A DNA stretch of 64,000 nt from an uncultured delta proteobacterium (GCA_963826785.1 CAWGYD010000001.1:64001-128000); one strand, 5' to 3'. Counted from the stretch's first letter, positions 50,820 through 61,787 are shown. Translations and numbers: made by a program. The notes: generated by a model not told the origin, from the sequence alone.

Positions 50820-51176
50820 TCAGTCGATAAACTCGGCGATGGACTTGTGCCGCTGTTTGATTTCCTGCAGCAGGCTTTCCTGATGCCGCATCCGCAGAAA
50901 AGAACGGATGATCAGGTAGGCGCCCAGGGCGATTAAAAGGGTATTTAAAATAAACAGCGGCACCAGAAATCCGATGACATTTTTAACATCATAGTACCGG
51001 GAGGTGGCCACCAGCAAGCTCAAAACGGATAAGGGCAGCGCCAGCACGGCAATCCCGGTGCGCATCACGGCAAGCGATGTCCGCTTCTCCGCCAGGATAA
51101 GCTGGGCTTCATTGATGATGATGGCATCCGGCCCGGATTTGACGGCTGCTTCTCTTGCCTGGGTTCGTTTCGTCAA
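50820..51176 (-). CDS. Small membrane protein, DUF202/YidH-like
   Basis: LAEKRTSLAVMRTG plus hydrophobic helices. Confidence 0.7.
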   Translation of the reverse strand: MTKRTQAREAAVKSGPDAIIINEAQLILAEKRTSLAVMRTGIAVLALPLSVLSLLVATSRYYDVKNVIGFLVPLFILNTLLIALGAYLIIRSFLRMRHQESLLQEIKQRHKSIAEFID

Positions 51177-51438
51177 GATGTGTGCCTCTTTTTGGAATTC
51201 GACCGTGCTGACTCCGGGAAAAACTAATATGGACCGAATTGCAGATCAACTCTTTTTTTGCATTTCAGGGCGAAATCCGTTTTAAGATTCAAGAAGATAT
51301 CCGCATGGCCGGAAGATGATAATGCAGCCGGATCGAACAGTGCCTGGATGCAAAATGGAAGCAAAAGATGTATTGACATGAAAAAGCGCAAACCGGATAG
51401 TTTAGCTCACATATGAATCACGATAAATGAGGTGCGAG

Positions 51439-52674
51439 ATGATCCAAAATGAATGCAGCAAAACCGGCCGGCCCATGCCCCTTGAAGGGGTGCGGATCGT
51501 GGAATACGGTCTCTTTCATGCCGGCCCCGGCGGAACGGCCATCCTGGGCGACCTGGGGGCGGAAATCATCAAGATCGAATCCGGATTCGGCGACCCGGAG
51601 CGGTACTGGACGAAAATCGCCGGTCTGGACATGTCCCTTCCCAACAATGAAAGCCTGATGCACGAAGTTTCCAATCGGAACAAGCGGGGTATCTGCCTGG
51701 ATATCAAGACGGAAAAAGGCCGGCAGGTATTTGACCGGCTGGTCAAGGGCGCCGACGTGTTTCTGACCAACCTGAGAAAGAGCACCAAGGCCCGGCTGAA
51801 AATCGACTACGAGAGTTTAAAGTCATTAAATCCGAGGCTGATTCATGCCAACGTGTCCGGCTACGGGCCTCAAGGCCCCATGGAGGACCTGGGGGCGTTC
51901 GATCCCCTGGGCCAGGCCGTGTCCGGCATGATGTATACCACCGGCGCGGACGAGCCGTTGCTGATGCACCTGGGGATACTGGACCAGGCCACGGCCATGG
52001 CGGTCAGCCATGCCATCCTCACCGCCCTGTACGTCCGGGAGCGCAACGGCATCGGCCAGGAGGTGCATGTTTCGCTGTTCGGCACCGCCCTGTGGATGCA
52101 GCATCCCAACCTGATGCTGGCCTCCGTGCTGGGCGTCGATCCCTGCGTGCGCTCCGTCCGGACCGATCATTCGCCCCTGCGCAACCGGTTTAAGTGCAAA
52201 GACGGCGGGTGGATCATCGGCACCCACCACCCCGAGGAAAAATACTGGAAACGATTCTGTGAATTGACCGGGCATGCAGAATTGATGAAAGATGCCCGCC
52301 ACACCGATCCCCAGGGCCGGCCGATCCCGAGCGCCGAACTGCTGGCCCTGTTCGATGCCGTCTTTGCCACCCGCACCCGGGACGAGTGGATCGCGCTGTT
52401 TCTGGGGCAAGGGCTGATGTTCTGCCCGGTCAGGCATGTCCGGGAAATCAAGGAAGACGAGCAGGCCAGTGCCAACGGCTATGTCACGGATTTTAACCAC
52501 CCCGCACTCGGCAAGATCAAAATTCCGGGTTATCCCGTACATTTCTCCGAATGCCGGGCCGGCACCCGCACCGCCGCACCGGCACTGGGGCAGCACACCA
52601 CCGAGGTGCTCCGGGAAATCGGCTGCACGGATGAAGAAATCCGGGAAATGCGGGAATCGGGTGTGCTTGGATAG
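51439..52674 (+). CDS. Family III CoA-transferase (CaiB/BaiF)
   Basis: PLEGVRIVE, AGP....LGDLGAEIIKIE, NRNKRGI.LD, SGYG..GP, AP.LGQHT. Confidence 0.92.
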   Translation: MIQNECSKTGRPMPLEGVRIVEYGLFHAGPGGTAILGDLGAEIIKIESGFGDPERYWTKIAGLDMSLPNNESLMHEVSNRNKRGICLDIKTEKGRQVFDRLVKGADVFLTNLRKSTKARLKIDYESLKSLNPRLIHANVSGYGPQGPMEDLGAFDPLGQAVSGMMYTTGADEPLLMHLGILDQATAMAVSHAILTALYVRERNGIGQEVHVSLFGTALWMQHPNLMLASVLGVDPCVRSVRTDHSPLRNRFKCKDGGWIIGTHHPEEKYWKRFCELTGHAELMKDARHTDPQGRPIPSAELLALFDAVFATRTRDEWIALFLGQGLMFCPVRHVREIKEDEQASANGYVTDFNHPALGKIKIPGYPVHFSECRAGTRTAAPALGQHTTEVLREIGCTDEEIREMRESGVLG

Positions 52675-52697
52675 GCGCGGCAAGCAATGCTTTTAAA

Positions 52698-54227
52698 TTA
52701 TTCGCCCTGCGGGCCGGCAATGCGCCAGAGGCGGATCCGATCGCCGGAGGCGGCGGCCAGGATCTGCCCGTCGGGGCTGAGGGCCGCATCGGTCACCGAG
52801 GTTTCGGAGGTGCCGTCGAACGTTTTCACGACGGACTGGCCGGCGATGTCATAGAGGACCGCCTGCTGGTAGGAAATCATGATCAGCCGGTCGTTTTTGG
52901 GGGTGAATGCGGTGTAGAAAACCCGGTCCGGCGCGGCCCAGTTTTCCTTGGGGGTGCGCGCGGGGTCGATCTCTTTTTTTGATACGGACACGAACCGCGG
53001 CGCATACATGCTTTCCTTGTGCGGGTGGCGCGCCCCCCAGGCCAGCCATGCGCCGTCTCGGCTGTAGGCGATGGAATGGGGCATCCCCTTGTCCTGAAAC
53101 TTCATCAGGTTCTTTGTCGCGGGGTTGTAAAGCGCAATGCCTTTCTGGTAGGTGAAGGCAAAGGCGAACCCGTGGGGGTCTTTTCCCGTGGGATGAAAGG
53201 CGATGGTGTTGATCATGCCGAAGACCGGGTAAAAGGAATCGTCTCCCACGATCAGGCTGTCGATGCGTCCCGAATTGGGTTCCCAGATGATCAGTTCATT
53301 GGTGCTCCCGGATACCAGGATCTTCGCATCCGGGCTGAACTCGATGCAGTTGACCCGGTCCGTGTGTCCGGCCAGTTTCCGGATCTGTTTTCCGGTCTGC
53401 GTATTCCACAGGGTGATGAGCTTGTCGTTTCCGGCCGATGCGATGATCCGGCCGTCCGGTGAAAACGCGGCCGCCCGGACACGGTCGCCATGTGAAAGTT
53501 TGTGGACGATGCGCCAGTCCCGGGTATCCCATAGGAACAGGTGCCCGTCATAGCTTCCCGAGGCCAGCATGCGGCCGTCCGGGCTGAAGCACAAGGCGGT
53601 GACCAGCCCCGTGTGTCCGGACAGGTTTTCCGGCAGGGCTGTAGCGGAAACGGATGCGGTTGCGGGCGCAAGCGCACCGGATTCAGGTGCCGCCGGCGCC
53701 TGGGCCTGGGTCTGTGTTTTTGGCCGCACTTTCGGAATGATTTTGTCGGCCGGACGGATATCCATCCGGGACACATTCGCGATGGCTTTTTCGTTTAACA
53801 CTACTTTTAATACGGTATCGTTCTTCAGGTCGACAAAGTGATGGAAACTCTGGTAGCCGTCGTTTTCAACGAGGATTTCGTAGCGGTTGGGGGGAAGTTT
53901 GATGCCCGGGTAATACCGGGGGATGATGTTTAAGATCTTGACCGTGCTGAATCGGGGTTCCACCTGGATGGTCAGGCTGTATTTATCCGGCAAATCTGGA
54001 GCCTGCGTCGTTTCCACAGGTGCCGCGGAGCCGGGGGCGGTCTGTTCTGCCGGGGGGACGATTTTGGTGGTCATCCCCTGGGTGTGATCTTCTTCGTTTT
54101 TGAAGCGCTCCATTTCCATTTTTTGAAGGACCGTCCGGACGTCCGTTTCGATTCCCACCATGGTGCTCTGGCAGCCGTAGGCCAAAAGCGCAAGGATCCC
54201 CGCAAGAATGAATGCAAGCCGTTTCAT
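52698..54227 (-). CDS. WD40-repeat lipoprotein
   Basis: Lipoprotein signal MKRLAFILAGILALLAYG-C; repeats GH...V....FSPDG..LASGS.D....LWD. Confidence 0.85.
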   Translation of the reverse strand: MKRLAFILAGILALLAYGCQSTMVGIETDVRTVLQKMEMERFKNEEDHTQGMTTKIVPPAEQTAPGSAAPVETTQAPDLPDKYSLTIQVEPRFSTVKILNIIPRYYPGIKLPPNRYEILVENDGYQSFHHFVDLKNDTVLKVVLNEKAIANVSRMDIRPADKIIPKVRPKTQTQAQAPAAPESGALAPATASVSATALPENLSGHTGLVTALCFSPDGRMLASGSYDGHLFLWDTRDWRIVHKLSHGDRVRAAAFSPDGRIIASAGNDKLITLWNTQTGKQIRKLAGHTDRVNCIEFSPDAKILVSGSTNELIIWEPNSGRIDSLIVGDDSFYPVFGMINTIAFHPTGKDPHGFAFAFTYQKGIALYNPATKNLMKFQDKGMPHSIAYSRDGAWLAWGARHPHKESMYAPRFVSVSKKEIDPARTPKENWAAPDRVFYTAFTPKNDRLIMISYQQAVLYDIAGQSVVKTFDGTSETSVTDAALSPDGQILAAASGDRIRLWRIAGPQGE

Positions 54228-54418
54228 GAAGCGCCAACTCCCTTTGATCATCAGCCAAGGTATAAAGAACGCGTCGGTATGGTTATTTCAATAGCATAAA
54301 ATGCGGGGATCGCAAAAGCGTAATTTGGTGATAAGAGATGAAATGTGGATTGGCGGGAAAAGCGCGTGTTCAACTGCGCGCCCATCCGGAGTCCGGCCCG
54401 GAATGGGCGCGGAGGTCT

Positions 54419-54955
54419 TCAGGTCTGCTCGAGTTCGTCGATGACCTTTTCATATTTTTCATGGATCATTTTCCGGTCGAATTCCCAGAAGTCCGACAGC
54501 ATGTCCGACTGCTCCTGATCGGAAAAATACGCCATGACCGCCGGAAAGAAGACCTTGTCCTCTTTCCGGATATGTTCGGGATAGAAACCGATAAGGGTTT
54601 TTAACTTGTCCAGAATCGTTTCGGCTGCGGACGGATCCTGTTTCAGCCAGGCGTTCTTGGCCGCCACCAGTTCCCCGGTGATTTTGCGGCCGAATGCATG
54701 CTCGGCGACGAGTTCGTCCATCAGCCTGCGATTTTCATCATCCAGGTCTTTTCGGCCCAGGTCGGCAAAAAGGATCTCCTCCTCCTTGCCGTGATGGGTC
54801 CGGTCCGCATACATGCGGATGAAATCCACCGCCGTGTCGATAAAGAGCGGATCGACGTTCCCGGTTTTTTCAATCGCCTTGATTTCCCGGGCGATCCGGG
54901 CGATCATCTTTTCGATCAGGCGGTGTTCGATCATCAGAGGGCCGCGTACCTGCAT
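54419..54955 (-). CDS. Hemerythrin/HHE cation-binding domain protein
   Basis: LMIEH, HHGKEEEILF, EH..GR, HIRKEDKVFF. Confidence 0.88.
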   Translation of the reverse strand: MQVRGPLMIEHRLIEKMIARIAREIKAIEKTGNVDPLFIDTAVDFIRMYADRTHHGKEEEILFADLGRKDLDDENRRLMDELVAEHAFGRKITGELVAAKNAWLKQDPSAAETILDKLKTLIGFYPEHIRKEDKVFFPAVMAYFSDQEQSDMLSDFWEFDRKMIHEKYEKVIDELEQT

Positions 54956-54994
54956 AATAGGTCTCCTGTTGAGAATTGAAACGTGGGGCTGCGA

Positions 54995-55309
54995 TCAGTG
55001 AAGCCGGCTGCCGGCATCCTTGAACCGGTCGCCCACATGGTTTAAGGTCGCTTCCAGGTCGGTTTTCAGGCCTTTCCAGGCATTATCGCCGGTTTTGCGC
55101 AGGCCATCGAGTTTTTTGCGGACATCCGTATAGGCCTTCTGCATGCTTTGAATTTTTTGCTGATACTGCTCCTGCAGCTTTGCATCGGCCTTCTCTTCCT
55201 CGGCCTGCGCTTCCTTTGCCCGGGCTTCGGCCTTGGTTTTTTCGATCTCCTGGTCCCAGCTTTCAAGCTGCGCCTCAATCTTATTTTCAAATGCCTGTTT
55301 CAGTCCCAT
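54995..55309 (-). CDS. Small coiled-coil protein (sll1863-like putative stress protein)
   Basis: K.EAQL..W..EI.K.KA.A...L..L......W..LK; AAGGAG RBS. Confidence 0.7.
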   Translation of the reverse strand: MGLKQAFENKIEAQLESWDQEIEKTKAEARAKEAQAEEEKADAKLQEQYQQKIQSMQKAYTDVRKKLDGLRKTGDNAWKGLKTDLEATLNHVGDRFKDAGSRLH

Positions 55310-55408
55310 AGAATTCTCCTTTCTGCGTGAACGTTTTGGTTTTGCGCCCGAAAGCGGGCGCCGCATGATCCGTTCATACAAAAATGATAATCATCAATTG
55401 ATGATTTG

Positions 55409-56247
55409 TCACACGGGCGATGCCGCCAAACGGCGGCGGCGGCGACGGGCCTGGCGGATCAATTCCCTGAACAGGCGGTGCTGAAGGTCGATCTGTGGCA
55501 TGTATTCCGGGTGCCACTGAATCCCCAGCATGAAGGGGTACCCCGGAATGCTCGATGGCCTGGATGACGCCATTTGATTCCACGGCCGAAATTTTGATCC
55601 CTTGGCCGGTTTCCTTGACCGACTGGAAGTGAAGGGCGTTTATCCGGCAGCGGGTGGTCCCAAGGATGCTCCCCAGCAGGCTGCCGGGTTTGATTTCGAC
55701 GGTTTTCCGGGGCAGAATCGTGTAGAGCTGGGGTGTTTCCACATAAAAGGAACTGATATCCTGGTAAAGGGTCCCCTTGAAGAAAATATTGATCAGCTGG
55801 GCCCCGCGGCAGATGCCTAAAACCGGCAGTTTCCGGGCGGCCGCCCGGGTGAGCAGGTCAAGCTCCATCGCATCCCGCGCCCGGTCCGGGCCGGAGATGC
55901 GCTTGGGGCTGATGAATTTGCGCAGGGCGAAGATCGAGCGGGGAGAACAGAAGCGTGAAGAATCGTTCGGTCTTGCCGGTCAGCCTGCGGATATGGGGGG
56001 TGACGTCCAGTGCGGGTTCGAAGTAGCGCCCCGGGTCGATGTCGGCGCCGCCGCCGAGGATCAGCCCATTCAGCCGCGGCTGGCCCCTCTTTCGCCCGGG
56101 TGTGATGCGGACCGGGCGGCCCCCGGAAAGCGTCACGGCAAGCCGGGTGAACAGCCAGGCGGCCATTCCGCCACGGTCCGGCCCGGTGACGCCGATGACC
56201 GGGCGGTGGTCGCTCAGGTAATCCAGTTTTTCACTTCGCGGATCCAT
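55409..56247 (-). CDS. Peptidase C26 / gamma-glutamyl hydrolase-like glutamine amidotransferase; frameshifts near 55936 and 55541
   Basis: PVIGVTG, LILGGGADIDP, PVLGICRGAQL.N, GIQWHPE, split across frames. Confidence 0.8.
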
Positions 56248-57197
56248 GCGCCTTGATGTTTTCCATCCTCGAGGGCGAGAAAGGTTTCGCCCATGCGGTT
56301 TATTTTTTCCGGATCGGCGGCGAGTTTTTCGATTTCCACCCAGTATTGCCATTCCAGGGCCGGACTCCACGACGGCTCGTCGATCAGGGAGTTTGGCAGC
56401 CGGAAGTGGAATGCCGGCCGGGCCGAAACCAGGTCCGGGTGTTCCACCCGGCCGCGGATGTATGTTTCGTCGATGACGGCAAATATAGGAAGAAGGTCGA
56501 GCGCGCGGTTCCGGGTGGGGTTTGCCCCCACATAATCCGCCATCAGGGTGTTGATATCCGGCTGATAATCCGGATCGACCACTTTTGCTGAATATTCGGC
56601 GGGAAACGGATCGATAAACGGCGTGATTCTGCGGGCCAGATCGATGCCGGAAGTCTCCAGTATCCAGTCGTAGACCAGGAAAAACGCCTTCAGGTAAAAA
56701 GCAAGGGTCCGGGCGTCCAGAGAGGGGGTCTCCGGATTTACATGCAGGCCGAAGGCATAGATGATCGAAGACCGGGTCCCTTTTGCGCCGGCCGCCCGGA
56801 GTCTTTCGCAGAGCCGCTCCATGATGTCCATTTCGGTCATGGGGATGGGCGGGGTGACGATCTCGTAGGGGACCACAACGGAGGCGAGCCTGTTCATGAC
56901 CGTTTCCATCGATTGCCGCAGATTCAGGGCATCGAGGTCCACCCCGATCATTTTCAGGTAGCGGTCATATTTTTTCTCGAGAAGGATCGACGTGTCCAGC
57001 TCGATTTTGATATCCCCCCAGGGCGTATCCGACACCACCCGGTGAAACTCGCTGCGGGTACCGGGTTTTCCGCCGAAGACGTCCGCCACGATGGCGGCTG
57101 ATTGCTCGAGGTCCACGCCCGCATATTCGATTTCAAATCCGACTCCGCGGACCTGTCCCTTGTCGTTTTTCAAGCGGGGCGGCAGGGTGAAGGGCAT
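56214..57197 (-). CDS. Putative amidoligase family protein
   Basis: VGFEIEY.G, P.EIVTPP, AFGLHVNPE, NPTRNRALD, RPAFHFRLPN. Confidence 0.85.
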   Translation of the reverse strand: MPFTLPPRLKNDKGQVRGVGFEIEYAGVDLEQSAAIVADVFGGKPGTRSEFHRVVSDTPWGDIKIELDTSILLEKKYDRYLKMIGVDLDALNLRQSMETVMNRLASVVVPYEIVTPPIPMTEMDIMERLCERLRAAGAKGTRSSIIYAFGLHVNPETPSLDARTLAFYLKAFFLVYDWILETSGIDLARRITPFIDPFPAEYSAKVVDPDYQPDINTLMADYVGANPTRNRALDLLPIFAVIDETYIRGRVEHPDLVSARPAFHFRLPNSLIDEPSWSPALEWQYWVEIEKLAADPEKINRMGETFLALEDGKHQGAWIREVKNWIT

Positions 57198-57216
57198 CAG
57201 GTAACCTTATTTACAA

Positions 57217-57963
57217 TCAGGGGATAGTGTCGATCCCGGCAAATTCGGGCTCGTGCAGCGGCAGCAGGATATCCGCGGTTTTCTTGATCTTCATCATCGT
57301 GTCATAGGCCTCGTAGACATTGACGTGGGTGCCGGGCGGGATCACCTCCATCTCCATGGCGCAAACCGCCGGCGGCGGATCAAAATTTTCCTTGATGACA
57401 CAGAACCCCGTGATGACCGCCTTTCCTTTTTCCGTGTCGATGATCACCGACAGGCCGCCGTCCGTATGAACCGGGGTGTGCATCACGGATATGCCGTCCA
57501 GTATCTGCCGGTCTTCGGTCACCACCTCGATCTGTCCGTTTTCCTCGATGTCTTCGATATAGTCTTCCAGGTACCTGAAATCCAGCGGGTGAACATGATG
57601 GATCCGGTCCAGTTCCTTCTGGTGGATGTAAAACCGGGCATTTGCGCATTTGTAGTCGTTTTCGCAATGATCGTTGTGCAGGTGGGTATGGATGACGATG
57701 TCCACGTCTTCGGGCGTCAGGTGATACCGGGCCAGCCCCTCCTCAAAGGTGTAGATTTTTCCGCCGATGGCCGCTTCCCGGTCGGCGGAGCGGATGGGAT
57801 TCATCTCACCGGTATCCACCAGGACGACCTTGTCCGGACCCTCGATATACCAGCAGTAAATGGGGATGGTAAACGGTTTTCCGTAATCGTGCTGATAGGT
57901 CATCATCCCCTTGTCAAAGATCTTGGTTCCCATGACGATGGGATGGATTTTCCAGTGGGTCAT
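57217..57963 (-). CDS. Metallo-beta-lactamase-fold hydrolase (AHL-lactonase-like)
   Basis: LVDTG, THLHNDH, HTPVHT.G, LPLHEP. Confidence 0.85.
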   Translation of the reverse strand: MTHWKIHPIVMGTKIFDKGMMTYQHDYGKPFTIPIYCWYIEGPDKVVLVDTGEMNPIRSADREAAIGGKIYTFEEGLARYHLTPEDVDIVIHTHLHNDHCENDYKCANARFYIHQKELDRIHHVHPLDFRYLEDYIEDIEENGQIEVVTEDRQILDGISVMHTPVHTDGGLSVIIDTEKGKAVITGFCVIKENFDPPPAVCAMEMEVIPPGTHVNVYEAYDTMMKIKKTADILLPLHEPEFAGIDTIP

Positions 57964-57972
57964 GAAATCACC

Positions 57973-58764
57973 TCATGAAATCTTGCGGAACTGGGCGATC
58001 TGCCGGCAAAGGGCCACGAGCCGGCCGTCCTCGTCCCAGAGTTCGCCGTTTTCCTCCAGCAGCCCGCAGCTGATATGCCGGGTCCTGAAAATACATTTGA
58101 GCCAGCGGGTCTTCGGGATATTGTGGATATCGACGCTCAGTTCCAGGGTGGGGACCCAGGCCACCAGTCCCTGGCTGGAAAATACCGGGGGCGGAAAGGC
58201 GTCGGCCATCAGCAGAATGGAAAAATGGTCGTGGGGCCGGTCGTCTGCAAACCGGATCCACCCCTTGTGCTCGGAAATTTTGGCCAGTTTTCCCTGCATC
58301 CACCCGGCGCAGGCCGGGTCCAGGCGTACATCCATGTGATCATAGAGGGTATAGCCCTGCATCAGGGGCGGAATCTGGACGCACTGGTCAAGGTCCGCCA
58401 TCTCCGGCGGCCCGCTCTCATGGCGCTCGATGAAGCATTCATCCGTCTGTACCGCAAATATGCCCGAGGCCCGGCATTTTTCCACCCCATCCTGGATCAG
58501 CTTCACCTGCAGCCGGTTGAACTGTTTGGATTCGGCCACGTTTTCCACGTACAGGCCGGCTTCCCCGGGAATGGTTTTGGCCAGAAAACTGACTGTGACA
58601 ACGGGCGTCTGCCGCTTTTCACTCTGAAGGGACATGGCTTTGGCCAGCAGCGCCGTGACATAGCCGCCGTTTGGGTTCCCATTAATGGACCAGTTATCAG
58701 CCACTTCCGCCGTAAAAGCGCTCTGGCCCTGACGGTCAAGCCGGATATCGTCGTCGAAAAGCAT
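57973..58764 (-). CDS. Acyl-CoA thioesterase-like double-hotdog protein
   Basis: W..NGNPNGGY, ADAFPP, WVPTLELSV, ELWDEDG.LVA..RQ. Confidence 0.85.
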   Translation of the reverse strand: MLFDDDIRLDRQGQSAFTAEVADNWSINGNPNGGYVTALLAKAMSLQSEKRQTPVVTVSFLAKTIPGEAGLYVENVAESKQFNRLQVKLIQDGVEKCRASGIFAVQTDECFIERHESGPPEMADLDQCVQIPPLMQGYTLYDHMDVRLDPACAGWMQGKLAKISEHKGWIRFADDRPHDHFSILLMADAFPPPVFSSQGLVAWVPTLELSVDIHNIPKTRWLKCIFRTRHISCGLLEENGELWDEDGRLVALCRQIAQFRKIS

Positions 58765-58835
58765 TAATCAAACCCCCGTGTTCGGATAATCCGGCGATGC
58801 AGCCGGTGCGCCCTGGACGGGTTTTGAAGCCGCAT

Positions 58836-60290
58836 TTAGAATGTTCCCATTCCAGTGGCTTCCATCCACCGGTATAATAACATACGCAGCATGGAATGAT
58901 CCGCAAACGTTTCATAAGCGGTTGTAAAATGGCGGCCGGCCGCGTTGCTCCACAGCATGTCCGCGTATCGGCCCGCGTCGGAAAATATATCGGCGGTTGA
59001 TGATCCGAAAACGGCCACATCGGTTTCCAGGTTGTAGTCATCTAAATTTCGACGGGTGAAATTGGCCGATCCCAGGATCAGGGCGGCCTTGCCGCTGCGA
59101 TACTGGACCCGCAGCAGCTTGGCATGGGCCTGCTCCCCATGGGTGTCGCTGAAGCGGACGCGGATGCCGGCGTTTTTCAGTTCGGCGGCACTCTGGCGAT
59201 TGGGAATCCCGTTCTTGGCATAGCCGAAGGCGTCCCGGTTGGGGTCTAAGATGATCCGGATGTCGGCCCCGCGCTTGCGTGCGGATTTCAGGGCCGCGAT
59301 GATTTTTCTGTCCGAGAGGTAGAACATGACCAGGTCGATCCTGTCTCCGCCGCCGCAGGATGACAGGACTTCCAGGACGGCGCTTTTGATCTTTTTCTCG
59401 GTGAGCACCTGCATTTGAAGCCCGTTTGCAGGCGGGTGTTCCGAAAAGACGATATCAGGCGGCAGCCGCCCTCCGGAAAAGGCCAGCACCGCCTTTTCGG
59501 ATTCCAGCAGATCCATTACCGCCGGTCCTGAAAAATAGAGCCCCGCATTTCCGTGGGCGGAGCTGGCGTCATGGGGGTTGGCGGATGAGACCAGGGCCGC
59601 ATGTCCGCCGGGGGTATCGGCAATGATGAGCTTGCGGTGATTGGCCTTGAAGTTGAGCAGCTTCAAATAGCTTAGGACCGATACCCGGCCATTGCCGCCG
59701 AAGGGATTGGGGAGTTGTTCGCCGGGCCGGCTGCCGAAGGGGCGGACCAGGATGCGCCAGAGGGCCGAATAGACCGGGTTGGAATCCCTGAGCCGGTCGA
59801 GTTCGGTGAAGGTGAGCCAGATGCCGTTTTCAGAGAGGCGCTCCAGCGGGGAATGGGCCAGGCCGCCGTAGACGGTGTTTATGGGGTCGGTGATGACGAT
59901 GATCGTCATGTCCGGAAATTTTCGTTTTTGAGCGATCAGGGCGTCCGTCAACTCCTTGGAGACCGGCCGCAAGGCGCCGTCGGTTTCCCCGGAAAAGTCA
60001 TTGTACAGGAACATGTCCACCAGAATGAACCGGCGGGCGTTTCGGATCATCGAAAGGACCCGGTCGAAAATTTCCTGGGCCATGAAGCGGCTGCCGGCCG
60101 GGTCCGACCAGGTGAGATCCTTTAGAAGTTGAATTTCGGAGACCGGGCGGAGCGGTCCTTTATAGGAGATTCCCCGGGGCAGGGGCTTTAATACATGACA
60201 GGCGCCCACGCAGACGAGCAGGAGAAGGAGCAATCCGGCCAGCATCAGCAGGGGATGGCGGAAAAATATCAACAGGCGGTCCGGCAGCAT
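58836..60290 (-). CDS. Phospholipase D family protein
   Basis: ANHRKLIIAD and QAHAKLL...GSANFTRRN HKD-type motifs; N-terminal TM helix. Confidence 0.88.
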   Translation of the reverse strand: MLPDRLLIFFRHPLLMLAGLLLLLLVCVGACHVLKPLPRGISYKGPLRPVSEIQLLKDLTWSDPAGSRFMAQEIFDRVLSMIRNARRFILVDMFLYNDFSGETDGALRPVSKELTDALIAQKRKFPDMTIIVITDPINTVYGGLAHSPLERLSENGIWLTFTELDRLRDSNPVYSALWRILVRPFGSRPGEQLPNPFGGNGRVSVLSYLKLLNFKANHRKLIIADTPGGHAALVSSANPHDASSAHGNAGLYFSGPAVMDLLESEKAVLAFSGGRLPPDIVFSEHPPANGLQMQVLTEKKIKSAVLEVLSSCGGGDRIDLVMFYLSDRKIIAALKSARKRGADIRIILDPNRDAFGYAKNGIPNRQSAAELKNAGIRVRFSDTHGEQAHAKLLRVQYRSGKAALILGSANFTRRNLDDYNLETDVAVFGSSTADIFSDAGRYADMLWSNAAGRHFTTAYETFADHSMLRMLLYRWMEATGMGTF

Positions 60291-60334
60291 AGTCCAACTG
60301 TATAGGGGACTTGCCGCCTTACCGCAATCATTTT

Positions 60335-61696
60335 CTATATTTTCTCATAGGGGGTAAACCCCTTGGGCCAGCCGCTTTTCAGGGCTTCGCGGGGTTTGTG
60401 AAAGGCAGACGTGTCGAAGATGAATTTCAGGAGATCATCCCGGATGTCGGGCTGGGCCAGGTAGGCGATTCCCACGGCATGCTCCGACATGCTCAGCCCC
60501 TTGGGGTCGAATGCGCCATGCTCGGTCACGATGATCACCGGATCGGCGGGGATGCCGGTGGTCGTGATGCCGGCCGGGCAGGAGTGGACGATCTTGGAAA
60601 CCCCGCTGCGGGTGGTGGATTTAAGGGCGATAATGGGCGCACCGCCTTCGGACAGGTAGGCTCCCCGGATGAAATCCGCCTGTCCCCCCACGCCGCTGTA
60701 AATGCTTCTGGCCTCCATGGAGTCGGCCCAGATGTTGGCGTGCAGGTCCACGCCGATGGCGCTGTTGATGGCGATCATCTTCGGCTGCCGGGCGATGTTG
60801 ATGATGTTGTTGGTATAATCCGACGGCCGGCTCTGGACGGCGCTGTTCACCCCCAGCCAGTCGTATCCCGCCTTGCTGCCGGACAGGAAGATGGAGGCGA
60901 TGGAGAAATTGCTCCGGGTGAAGGTAAAGCGGTTGGTGACGATGCGCTTCTCCACCAGTTTGCGCATGGCGTCGGCAAACAGTTCGGTATGGATGCCCAG
61001 GTCCTTGACTTTTTTTTCCAGGATGGCGTCGGTCACCGCCTCGGGAACCTCCCCGATGCCGTATTGCAGGGTGGCGCCGTCGGTGATGTATTTTTCCGCG
61101 ATGATCCGGGCGATGCGCCGGGCGCGGTGGTCCGGCTCGGGCACCGGGCTCAGGGGCAGGTCGTATTCGCAGTCATAAAGGTAGTCGATGTCGTCCTTGT
61201 GCAGAAAGGTCCCCAGAACAAATGGCATTTTGGCGTTGCGCTCCGCCAGCACCACCCCGCCGTTTTTCTTGACCGATTCGATGGCGCCCATCATCCCCTC
61301 AACCGTGCAGCCCAGGCTGAAATTGCCGCCGCTGTCCGGCCCGCTCACGGAAACCATGACCGCGTCCAGGGGGATATAGTCCCTGAACTGCCGGGGGATG
61401 TCCGACAGGTGCATAAGCTGGTACTTGGCCCATCCATTGTTGACCGCTTTTCGCGAGTGCGGTCCGTTGAAGATGATCCGGTGGGTGACCCGGCTGCAGG
61501 TTTCTTCTGAAAACAGATCTTCGATGTCGCCCAGCAGCAGCACGGAGAAAAGTTCGATGTGGCGGATGGCGGAGTCGTACGCCACCCGGTTGAGCAGCGC
61601 CTGGGGCGTGGCCGCATTGCCTGACACATAGATGCGTGATCCGGCGCTTAAAATATCCGGGTTGATCATCTCTTCCACATGCTGAACAATCTTCAT
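60335..61696 (-). CDS. Acetyl-CoA hydrolase/transferase family (4-hydroxybutyrate CoA-transferase-like)
   Basis: TLQYGIGEVP, LGIHTE, AINSAI.VDL, SGVGGQADFIRGA, IVTEHG. Confidence 0.9.
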   Translation of the reverse strand: MKIVQHVEEMINPDILSAGSRIYVSGNAATPQALLNRVAYDSAIRHIELFSVLLLGDIEDLFSEETCSRVTHRIIFNGPHSRKAVNNGWAKYQLMHLSDIPRQFRDYIPLDAVMVSVSGPDSGGNFSLGCTVEGMMGAIESVKKNGGVVLAERNAKMPFVLGTFLHKDDIDYLYDCEYDLPLSPVPEPDHRARRIARIIAEKYITDGATLQYGIGEVPEAVTDAILEKKVKDLGIHTELFADAMRKLVEKRIVTNRFTFTRSNFSIASIFLSGSKAGYDWLGVNSAVQSRPSDYTNNIINIARQPKMIAINSAIGVDLHANIWADSMEARSIYSGVGGQADFIRGAYLSEGGAPIIALKSTTRSGVSKIVHSCPAGITTTGIPADPVIIVTEHGAFDPKGLSMSEHAVGIAYLAQPDIRDDLLKFIFDTSAFHKPREALKSGWPKGFTPYEKI

Positions 61697-61787
61697 GATC
61701 CCTCCGTAAAAAGCGCTTTTATTGCGGGAGAAACAAATGGGGGTCTCCCGATCCGCCCGGGCTTTTTTAAAAAATGTGGATATCAGG

